This document shows, one piece after another, positions 55,589-64,000 of a stretch of 64,000 bases of DNA. The stretch is from an uncultured virus (IMG/VR IMGVR_UViG_3300011693_000001) (Duplodnaviria; Heunggongvirae; Uroviricota; Caudoviricetes), in the IMG/VR virus record IMGVR_UViG_3300011693_000001, positions 124,001-188,000 of that record; one strand, 5' to 3'. Within the stretch, counting starts at the first letter, position 1, and every line of letters begins with the position of its first letter. The position numbers were made by a program, and so were the translations under genes. The notes under the pieces were generated by a model. It saw nothing but the letters and a program-made list of their open reading frames with translations, searched no databases and had not been told where the DNA came from.

Positions 55589-56883
55589 TGGAAATCCTAG
55601 TATCTCTATCTGCTAGTGCTCTAGGTGAAAATGATCGTGTAGCTGTACTTACAGATGCGGGCTGGTTCATCGGTACTGTGACTGCTGTGAAGAAGAAATA
55701 TGCTAGCGTTCAATTCGACGATGGTGATACGGCAGAGGTACTGAAAGACGCTAGTGCCCGTGAGGTTAAGGTGCTTCCAGCGGGAACAAAGAAAATCAAG
55801 AAAGCGCTGATGTTGAAAGACATTAAGCTGCTTCTCGCTCCGAAAACCGCTACAAAAACGAAAGCAGAAAAGCCAGCGGTACGTAAGCCGTTCGAAGATG
55901 AAGTTATTCAAGAACCTGTCGTTAAGCCGCTGCCTGTACGTCCGGCACCACCGCGACCTACCATGAGGCAAATCGGAGTCGTAGCCCCGCCTACTTCAAA
56001 CACTAAGCATGAAGAGAAAGAGCAGCCTGCTGTAGAACATCCGACCGATCCTGTTGAGCAAATGCGTATCGTATACGAGTCGAAGATTCGTAACTCACAC
56101 GATCATGCTGCGATTAGGCGCTTCATGCTTGATCTATGGACTGCTTTGAACAGACACAAATTCGATAATCGTCTGCGTCCGATCAAAAAGTTTCTGGTTA
56201 TTCCGGCTAATGGACGTACAGGTCTGCGCGCTTTCTGGCATCCACACTACAGGCTTATTGTCTTCACTGACCTAGTGTTCAAATCACGCTGGGATAAGTT
56301 TCACGAAATCTATCTGCATGAAATGTGCCACCAAGCGGTTACTGATCTGGATTACAACGGTAAGCCAATGGTGCTAGCGGAGGGCGGTCACGGCCCTGAA
56401 TGGCAAGCGTGGATGCGTAAGGTAGGGCTGGAACCTAAGCGTTACGATGACAGTACCTTCAAAGAGTACATGACTGAAGATGAGCGAGAACTCTTTGAAA
56501 AGAACGCTTCGCATGAAATGTCTGAACAAGCACTGGCTATTGTACGCAAGAAAGATCATTACGATAAGATCAAAGCTCAGCGTCTACCCCCTGTGAAGAA
56601 CGGTCAGGTCGGCGCTTACGTGGTGTTCTCGACTGGTGTAACTGAGGAACCGCTGGAAGGTGTAATCACGGACTACGAGGAAAAGAATGGTCATCGTGAA
56701 TACACGGTTATGGTGTACATTCAAGAACTGCGGACAAAGGATCACGTTTATGTAGTTCGTGAAAATGATACCAACAATCCGCTGCACTTTATGCGCGAAC
56801 CTCGTTTGAAGTATAAAGCAATTGCCCGTAAGCTGGCGGAAGAAGCTAGAGCACGTGGGCGGAAAGCAGGAAAGGCCCGCTAA
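55588..56883 (+). CDS. SprT-like zinc metalloprotease with N-terminal Tudor-like domain
   Basis: LHEMCHQ...GGHGPEWQAWM..VG; N-terminal MEILVSLSA and VQFDDGDT. Confidence 0.8.
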   Translation: MEILVSLSASALGENDRVAVLTDAGWFIGTVTAVKKKYASVQFDDGDTAEVLKDASAREVKVLPAGTKKIKKALMLKDIKLLLAPKTATKTKAEKPAVRKPFEDEVIQEPVVKPLPVRPAPPRPTMRQIGVVAPPTSNTKHEEKEQPAVEHPTDPVEQMRIVYESKIRNSHDHAAIRRFMLDLWTALNRHKFDNRLRPIKKFLVIPANGRTGLRAFWHPHYRLIVFTDLVFKSRWDKFHEIYLHEMCHQAVTDLDYNGKPMVLAEGGHGPEWQAWMRKVGLEPKRYDDSTFKEYMTEDERELFEKNASHEMSEQALAIVRKKDHYDKIKAQRLPPVKNGQVGAYVVFSTGVTEEPLEGVITDYEEKNGHREYTVMVYIQELRTKDHVYVVRENDTNNPLHFMREPRLKYKAIARKLAEEARARGRKAGKAR

Positions 56884-57269
56884 TGATTACAAATCTTTTA
56901 ATGGCTGTTACTCGACGAACAGTCCGCCCCGTACGTGAAAGAATAGCAGGTAGTTGGTACTCGACTAACAAGGCACACAACTCTACAGGTACATCACCTA
57001 TTACAACTGTGCCATGTTTAGTAGGTGATGTTATAATCATACCTTGGTCTGTCAGCTCGGAAAGCGGTTATGACTTCCTGACTATCTATATAAACAATGT
57101 GGCCATTATACGGGAATCAGGTTCGAAGACTGGAACAATTAACTACAATATAAGCAGTGCCGGAAATTACACTGTAAAAGCCACCTACTCTAAAGATGGT
57201 TCAGTAAACAGTGGTTCCGATAATGGTGGCTACTCCTATATTGATCGACAGAATAATCAGAGCATGTAA
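56883..57269 (+). CDS. Small beta-sandwich protein
   Basis: WSVSSESGYDFLTIYIN...YSKDGS..SGSD, resembling CUB/jelly-roll-like modules. Confidence 0.5.
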   Translation: MITNLLMAVTRRTVRPVRERIAGSWYSTNKAHNSTGTSPITTVPCLVGDVIIIPWSVSSESGYDFLTIYINNVAIIRESGSKTGTINYNISSAGNYTVKATYSKDGSVNSGSDNGGYSYIDRQNNQSM

Positions 57270-57271
57270 AA

Positions 57272-59476
57272 ATGGAAATAATGATTTCACTGTCGGCACT
57301 ACGGCCGTCACAGTACCGCAAATATGTGAAGGGTTGGGATAAGGGGCGCTATGCTGAAGCTTTCAATAAAGCATCCGGTGATAAAGACCGTAACGCTTAC
57401 CGAATTTACATCCCGATCAATCGCCCGAAGATAGAACCTTTGGATATACCGGAAGATATCGCACAAGCTGTAGAATCTCAAGGATATACCATCGAAGACT
57501 ACCGAGCTGGTATCGCTACCGACAAAACAGGCAAGCGCCGCATGCGGATCGGCCGTCTGCTCGGTAAACATAAAGAGCTACAAAAGAAATTCAACGAAGA
57601 CAAACTGCGTGCTGCTTCTAAGCAGGAACACGTTATCTGTATTTCTCGCCATCCGTACGATGTAGCTGGTATGAGTACAGACCGTGGTTGGACTTCCTGT
57701 ATGAATCTGGTAGACGGTAGCAACAAGCATTACGTATTCAGCGACGTGAAATACGGTGGCTTGATTGCTTATCTTATCGAGAAGAAAGATATCGATCTTA
57801 AGCGACCTGTTGCCCGCGTGCTGATCAAGCCGTTTCATAACACAGAAAACGGCGGCACCATAATGGTAGCCGATGGTGTATATGGTACGAACGTAAAAGG
57901 TTTTGTCAAAACGGTACAAGACTGGTTAGACCTGCATATCAACCATAAGCATACAGCTGGCCTCTACAAGTTAGATGAAAACGCATATGATGATGGTAAA
58001 GATGTTCACGTTAAATTTGACGAGAATGATCAGGCATCCATCGACAGTGTGTTGGGTTTTAAAATCGTCGGAGGCTATGTGCAGCTTAATAGCAGTGCAT
58101 CTGCGCGTAATACCGCTATCGATGATGATCCTGAAATTCTGTGGAAAATGAGTCAGGTACTGGTCCGCGATGTACACTCTTTGATTGCCATTAATCCTAA
58201 ATCAGCCTACCGCTTCCTTCACGAGCGTGCTGATGATATTTACAACAGAGACGGGGCGATTGGAAAGGGTTCTGCTGTATACAACGATCTGTTGAAGACA
58301 GTCTTAGAGAATGAGCCTAATCTGTTCTCTCGAATCAAAAACGAGATTACGATAGACAGTCAGGTTATTCGAGATTTACTGTTCAGGCATGAAGAAAAAG
58401 CCATCCAGATTATCGACCGCAGTTACTTCACACCGCGCGTCGTCGAAGATATCATGTATCTCGGCAATAGAGATACACGTCAACTGATGTTGGATCACGG
58501 ATTTGTACAGTTAACAGATAAGAGTCTGGCGGACTACCCTGCGTTGTTCAATAACATCGAGAAGCCTACGTTAAAGCAGTTTGATATTGCGATTGAGCAC
58601 GCTTCCGGTGATGTACGTAAGCAGATTCTCTATGGTCGTGATGTTGCTATGATTGACTACAGTCTAGCTGTCGGTATGCAACGGGTAATTGCAGGTGAGT
58701 TGGACTACAATGGTACAGCTCGTTTCACTGAGAACATCATCAGCAACTCTAAGATTATCGATGATGAACAGAAACAGAAACTAGCCGGTTCTGCGTTCCA
58801 GTTATTTGAGAAAGTAGGACAGCCTCTCTTCGATATGAAGAACTCTTTCCTTGTAAGGCGAGTATACGCTACCTGCTCCAAAGCAGATAAGATTCGAGCC
58901 ATCCGCAAGCTATGTGTTCGCAATATCCTAGAAGGTCTGCTGTTTGATAGCTCTTTCTATGATCGTAATCTTGACCCGGAAGAACTAGCTGCGGTCATCG
59001 ATACCAATCCGCGAGAAATGCTGCAAATAGATGAGCATCATGCGGCCTCTATCTTCCAGATTAATCCACATGCGTTTAAGCAAGGTCTGGAATACTTAGA
59101 AAGCTTAGACTTGGATAGAGTGCTGTTAGAGCTACCGCGCCTGTTCATCACAGCAGCTGCTTTCTGGCGTAGTGTTTACGAGCTGGATAAATCGATGGCT
59201 GACTGGTTACGCCGCTTGCTGGTGAACAGCGACAACCTAGCCTATGACTGCCCTGCCGAACTGTTTATGCGTGATGATAACCTGCACGCAGAACTAGTGA
59301 TGTGTTACATGGTTCGGCCGTGGGTTCTTTCTACGGAATCGGTTGTACGTAATCCATCGCGCTTGCCTGAATCGGTACGAACAGCTTACCTCAAAATAAA
59401 CTCAGCAGATTATCCTGAAACGACTCAGCAGTTTATGATCAATAGGTTGCAAACAGCTATTCGGGAAATGGAATAA
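57272..59476 (+). CDS. Large hypothetical protein (ISLS N-terminus, conserved N-domain, helical C-region)
   Basis: 734 aa; ISRHPYDVAGMSTDRGWTSCMNL shared with the 59630 gene. Confidence 0.75.
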   Translation: MEIMISLSALRPSQYRKYVKGWDKGRYAEAFNKASGDKDRNAYRIYIPINRPKIEPLDIPEDIAQAVESQGYTIEDYRAGIATDKTGKRRMRIGRLLGKHKELQKKFNEDKLRAASKQEHVICISRHPYDVAGMSTDRGWTSCMNLVDGSNKHYVFSDVKYGGLIAYLIEKKDIDLKRPVARVLIKPFHNTENGGTIMVADGVYGTNVKGFVKTVQDWLDLHINHKHTAGLYKLDENAYDDGKDVHVKFDENDQASIDSVLGFKIVGGYVQLNSSASARNTAIDDDPEILWKMSQVLVRDVHSLIAINPKSAYRFLHERADDIYNRDGAIGKGSAVYNDLLKTVLENEPNLFSRIKNEITIDSQVIRDLLFRHEEKAIQIIDRSYFTPRVVEDIMYLGNRDTRQLMLDHGFVQLTDKSLADYPALFNNIEKPTLKQFDIAIEHASGDVRKQILYGRDVAMIDYSLAVGMQRVIAGELDYNGTARFTENIISNSKIIDDEQKQKLAGSAFQLFEKVGQPLFDMKNSFLVRRVYATCSKADKIRAIRKLCVRNILEGLLFDSSFYDRNLDPEELAAVIDTNPREMLQIDEHHAASIFQINPHAFKQGLEYLESLDLDRVLLELPRLFITAAAFWRSVYELDKSMADWLRRLLVNSDNLAYDCPAELFMRDDNLHAELVMCYMVRPWVLSTESVVRNPSRLPESVRTAYLKINSADYPETTQQFMINRLQTAIREME

Positions 59477-59629
59477 GAGACTTGCTATGGCCGTAGTAAC
59501 ATTGAACAAAAGTATGCGTATTAAATTACGCTTCAAAAGATTCTGGAGAAATCTGGTAGGCAAACCACAGACCATTCAGAAACCGGTGAACGATTGTTAC
59601 TACGACCCTAAGCAGTTTAGGAGAAAAAG

Positions 59630-61892
59630 ATGAAGCCCATTATGATCAGCTTGAGCAAGCTGTCTCTAACTCAAGCGCGCAAATACGCAAAGGGCTGGGA
59701 TAAGGGACGTTACGCAGAAGCGTTTACAGAGAATGGTAAAGCTCGCTATCGTATGTACATAGAGCTTGCGGCACGTGAGACAAATCACGTACAAGCTCCA
59801 GAAGAATTAGAAGAAACACTTGAGCAACTAGGTTACATAGTTGAAGATTACATTTCTGGAATCGCAGTAGATAGTAGCGGCAAGCGTCGTATGCGTATTG
59901 GACGTTTGCTGGCGAAACATCCTGAAGTGAAAAAACTCTTCGAGCGCGATCCTGTACGTAAAGGACAGCAGCAGAAGTTTATGATCTGTATCTCTCGGCA
60001 TCCCTACGATATTGCGGGTATGAGTACGGATCGTGGTTGGACTTCGTGCATGAATCTTACCGACGGGTGCAACAAGGCATACGTGAAAAAAGAGATTGAG
60101 GTAGGTACTATCATAGCCTATCTGATCAAGCCGGGCGATACCAACCTAAAGTCACCGAGCGCACGTGTTCTGTTGAAGCCGTTCTATGAAGTAGATATTA
60201 AAACAGGTAAGCAGAAACGCTCGAACCCTATCCTAGTGTGTGACGGTGTATATGGTAGTGCTCCTGATCATTTCCTTGAAACCGTGCAACGCTGGGCCGA
60301 TGTGCATATAAATCGCCACAGCACTAACGGTATTTTTAAGCTGAACAGTAAATCATACGATGATGAGGTCAGCATTACGGTGCATGTCAGTGGAGAAGAC
60401 GGCCTTCAGAATCTAGCGAAGAAACTTACGCCTGCAATAAGAAAGGGTAAAGTTCGGGTTATCAGTTTTACTGAACGTCGGCAACGCGAAAGGGTATTTG
60501 GCAGTAAACCTGAACTGCTCGATCACATCGCAGTTGTATATGCCTCTGATCTTGCGTCTATGCAAGGGGGGCGAGTACGACATGCACATACTGGATTTCT
60601 TGCTGCGTGATGATACTAAGGTATTCGACGCGGAAGGTGAAGAAATAAGCAAAAGCATGGAAGGGCGCGCTTATAAATCTGTAATTGGATCGTGCTACTT
60701 TCAGCTTTTCTTCAATGATAAATGTCGAGAAAAGATGTTCGAGAAAAAGCTGCCTATTATGCGCTTAGTGTGCGATGCACTGGCAACAGGCACTAAGAAC
60801 ATGCACAGAAGTATGCGGGATACACTGAACTATCTGGATGATTCGTATTTCGATGATTACTGTCGGGATCGCCTGATTACCAGTGATATATTCCGTGTGC
60901 ATGATTACGCAGTGCGTCGCTTCTCCGATAGTCTAACCGGCAGCTTAGAGGACAATCTAGCTAAAGCCCCATCACTGCTATTCAAGTTAACGAATCCAAC
61001 GTACGCTAATGTATTAGAGGCAGCTAAAAATCCGAATTTCATTTCAGCAGTCAATGCCAATTCCCCGTTAGACGACGTACCGCACACTCTAGCGAATGAT
61101 ATTGTACTGGCGGTAGAAGAAATCACAGAAGCTGGTGATAAGCACCGTTATGTGTACATGGCATGGGATGCTCTTGAACTTAAAATCAACGGAGAATACC
61201 GGAACAAGTTTCACAATCAGTGTGCGCTACTCATGGTGAAAGCCTTGCGGGCTGATTACACGGCAGAGGAACTACGTGAACGTACGGTTGGTCATGTCCG
61301 TCTAAATGATATTATCGAAAACTTTGATTTTGAGGATCGGTGCGAATTCATAGCCAACAACATACCGGAATTGCAATACCTGTACGTTCTGGTGCATGAT
61401 AAAGATAATCATAATCGTATACCTTATGGGATATTGACGACACTGTTGGAAGCTAACCCGAATCAACTGGTCGATATAGATAGGCGTTCAGCGAAGTCGT
61501 TCTTCTCCACACATGCAGAAGAATTTGTCCCATTGTTTATGCGTACGCTTGAACACATGGATGCTCCGTCAATCCAGCGACTGTGTGAGAACATTTTTGT
61601 TATCGCAGAGTTTAGCAAAGAAGGCACACAGAAACTTCTTAGCCTGATGGACGATGCTGTGATGCAGAAGACTCTTGTTCAAGTTCTTAAGTGGGACTAT
61701 TACGAGTCAGGTGCTTCTGAGTTAATCCGTGAAATGTTGAGCAGGATAGATAAGGAAACGCTAGTTAAGCTTTTGGATAACAGCAGTTTCCGCAGTGGTG
61801 ATTCATATGCCCTTGTGCTGGAAATGCACGAAGCTGTGCATGCCGGTAACATAGGCGCGTTCAATAATGCCTATAGTGATTACTCCTATTGA
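59630..61892 (+). pseudogene. Paralog of 57272..59476 split by a +1 frameshift, probably at a G6 tract
   Basis: ORFs 59630..60610 and 60498..61892 join into 753 aa if one G of GGGGGG (60566-60571) is removed. Confidence 0.65.
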
Positions 61893-61907
61893 TAAAAGAG
61901 GCAAGAA

Positions 61908-63155
61908 ATGTTTGTACCTATTAATGGCAGCATATCACTGCTAACAAATGAATACTTTCATGCGATACAGTCGAAGCACTCAGATAGTGTGATTATAAGT
62001 AAAGTCTCTATCGGTGCTTCTTTCTGGAGTGAACGGGGGTTTTGGAAACTCCGACATGACGGGGAGCAATTCAATATTGAGTCTAGCAAAGTTCTGGTCT
62101 TAGGCTACGGACATAAAGTTACTTTCTTAACACCGTCGGGAAAAGAATACCTGATACACACGGAACGCAACATAGATGCCAATAATAACTACAAAGGTTA
62201 CTACATAAGACTGTATGATACCTCAGATTGGACATTGGTAAACACCTTCCATTTCACGACATGGGTTGGTCAATACGGCACATCCAGTTTTGACATCACA
62301 GGGATAAGCTACTGTGAAGTAAATGACATTATCATACTGTCAGTCTGTCGGATAGATGGCACCACTTATGACAGTACATCGCTGTATGCTGTGCACAGGT
62401 ATAACGAGATAGATAATACACTAACTCAGTTAAGCAACGGTTACATTTCGAGCGCATACGGTACGATGTTAAACGTGGGGTTCGGTGCCATTATCCCCAC
62501 GGGGCAAGGTAACTATATTTTGCCGATAACGGCAGGCACTGCTAGCATAAATTTGATTACGATAGCAGATAGGGTACGTAACGTAGGTATCGAAGTGTTA
62601 TTCGATACCGGTACAAGTAAGCTGGTAAAAGAAACGCAGTCTAGGATAATGGCGATACTGGAACACACGGATGGCACTAAGAAGATAGGTGTGTCTCCTG
62701 TAAAACTAACAGGCTACTCCGATCCAGCCTACACTAATGCGATGGCATCTATTGATTTCGGAGAAGGGGCGACAGGTCCTATGCCATCAGGTCGTGGTCA
62801 TTATACATCTATTATCAAAGGTAAACTTTATCAAATATCTGAAATAGTTAGATATGCTCCGGGAACTACATTCCCAGACGGAGCCTTCCGTTTTAGGGGT
62901 ATGGAGTATGCGAACGGGAAACTAAACACACAGGTAGATATAGATACCATTGCTGGAACCTCTATCACAGGACCGTTAGCGAATAGGATTGGGCGTAACC
63001 CTCACCCTTCGAACATTGCTGTTGTTTCGGGTGAATTGTATCACCCGTCCACTACGTTACCTGATGGTAGAGTCGGTTTATTTTCTGTAACCAGAATGAA
63101 TGCAGTACCATTTAAACACGTACCACGTATGTTTGGTTTCCTTAGCGGCGGTTGA
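61908..63155 (+). CDS. Beta-rich hypothetical protein, possibly virion/tail-associated
   Basis: 415 aa, Thr/Ser/Gly/Tyr-rich, GAGG RBS. Confidence 0.5.
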   Translation: MFVPINGSISLLTNEYFHAIQSKHSDSVIISKVSIGASFWSERGFWKLRHDGEQFNIESSKVLVLGYGHKVTFLTPSGKEYLIHTERNIDANNNYKGYYIRLYDTSDWTLVNTFHFTTWVGQYGTSSFDITGISYCEVNDIIILSVCRIDGTTYDSTSLYAVHRYNEIDNTLTQLSNGYISSAYGTMLNVGFGAIIPTGQGNYILPITAGTASINLITIADRVRNVGIEVLFDTGTSKLVKETQSRIMAILEHTDGTKKIGVSPVKLTGYSDPAYTNAMASIDFGEGATGPMPSGRGHYTSIIKGKLYQISEIVRYAPGTTFPDGAFRFRGMEYANGKLNTQVDIDTIAGTSITGPLANRIGRNPHPSNIAVVSGELYHPSTTLPDGRVGLFSVTRMNAVPFKHVPRMFGFLSGG

Positions 63156-63167
63156 TAATGCTAATTT

Positions 63168-63326
63168 AGAGCTAGAGGTAACTGACAGGAGGTGATCCTC
63201 TATCTCCTTGCAAACCGATGCAAGGTAAAAAGAATTCGGTAGTCGAAAGTTTAGCGCTGAGAAGCACCAAACAGTAGACCGATGTATAGCGCATTGAAAA
63301 AGGGGAGCCTTCGGGTTCCCCTTTTT
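63168..63326 (+). ncRNA. Putative structured small RNA
   Basis: Intergenic with several stems; contains AGGAGGTGATCC; ends at a terminator. Confidence 0.45.
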
Positions 63327-63378
63327 GTTTATTGTGCTATAGAATAGAAAAAGGGGAGCCATTGGCTCCCCTTCTTTG
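63297..63378. terminator. Two terminators between convergent transcription units
   Basis: AGGGGAGCC-TTCG-GGTTCCCCT-TTTT and AAAAGGGGAGCC-ATT-GGCTCCCCTT. Confidence 0.85.
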
Positions 63379-63379
63379 T

Positions 63380-63982
63380 TTACGACTTCGCACTTTTGAC
63401 AATTGTTGGACGAATGTTCAACGTCATACGGAAATCGTTGTTGGTTAAAATGGTACGCTTAGTACCTTGCCCCGGAACCAGATCGGTCAGACGGTAGCTA
63501 TCGTAGGCTGATTCGATGACCTGATTGTTCTCATCGAGAACACTTCGAATGCCTTCAATGGATCGCATATTGAAATCAAAGAAGGTATCGAAGGACACAG
63601 CTAGGTCAAGATCGACGTTAGTCAACGGAATGGTTTCACCAGCCTGTGTTGGAATCTGATTCGTATCAACAGGTTTGGCAATTGCGGTTTCCGCTTTCTC
63701 TACAGATTGCACGCGAATAACAGATCGTTTGTAACGGATGTGATTATCCACATCAGCGTAGGCGACAAACTCGGCGGGTTTTACCCGATAGTCTAATGCG
63801 AGTTCCGCTGGCACCGCGATACTAGCAGTGCCAAACTGAGAACCAGCAAACAACTGAGCTTTGCCGGGAATGCCGTCTACGTCAAGTGGATTTCCTTTAC
63901 GCACATCGTACACCACTAGATGACTAATGATGCGAGTTACTTCTGGTTCTGGTGCTCGGGTTTTCACCAGAAGAGTAGTCAT
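63380..63982 (-). CDS. Hypothetical protein, the only supported minus-strand gene
   Basis: 200 aa, ends at the terminator pair, no competing + strand gene. Confidence 0.7.
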   Translation of the reverse strand: MTTLLVKTRAPEPEVTRIISHLVVYDVRKGNPLDVDGIPGKAQLFAGSQFGTASIAVPAELALDYRVKPAEFVAYADVDNHIRYKRSVIRVQSVEKAETAIAKPVDTNQIPTQAGETIPLTNVDLDLAVSFDTFFDFNMRSIEGIRSVLDENNQVIESAYDSYRLTDLVPGQGTKRTILTNNDFRMTLNIRPTIVKSAKS

Positions 63983-64000
63983 AACAGGAAGGCATCTACC

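Noticed and set aside
1..64000. tRNA genes, integrase, transposase, reverse transcriptase
   Set aside because: No cloverleaf/T-loop consensus in intergenic gaps and no matching protein motifs seen by eye; tRNAscan-SE and HMM searches would confirm

Overview
This is a 64-kb segment of a large, probably jumbo, lytic tailed-phage genome. About 130 tightly packed genes lie on the + strand, and a single convergent - strand gene sits at the right end. The host is probably a gammaproteobacterium such as Pseudomonas; this is an inference from the gene types. The left ~46 kb holds small early/middle hypothetical genes, many of them paralogous, interspersed with recognisable proteins: dimeric dUTPase, NUDIX hydrolase, SpoT/Mesh1-type HD hydrolase, acyltransferase-3, RlaP-like nucleotidyltransferase, pentapeptide-repeat protein, histone H1-like protein, acyl carrier protein, DHFR, HAD protein, dCTP deaminase and an HD/PDEase-like protein. 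Then come nrdA (with a Gln-terminated LAGLIDADG intein), nrdB, a GH5 cellulase, and a probably late cluster whose proteins share an N-terminal (I/V)SLS motif. The most striking unexplained signals are four. (1) Three sigma70 promoters are each followed by the same ~65-nt leader (CCAAGG, a sequence-variable hairpin, then two 18-nt GGTTC-N5-(G/T)TWGTTAA repeats), a candidate antitermination RNA or operator system. (2) A structured putative ncRNA displays a 12-nt perfect complement of the 16S rRNA tail. (3) A perfect-SD Met-Val-stop minigene lies in a hairpin-rich leader. (4) The shared (I/V)SLS N-terminal tag may be a capsid-targeting or processing signal. No tRNA, rRNA, CRISPR array, integrase or transposase was seen. 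All functional calls come from motif recognition by eye; no database search was run.
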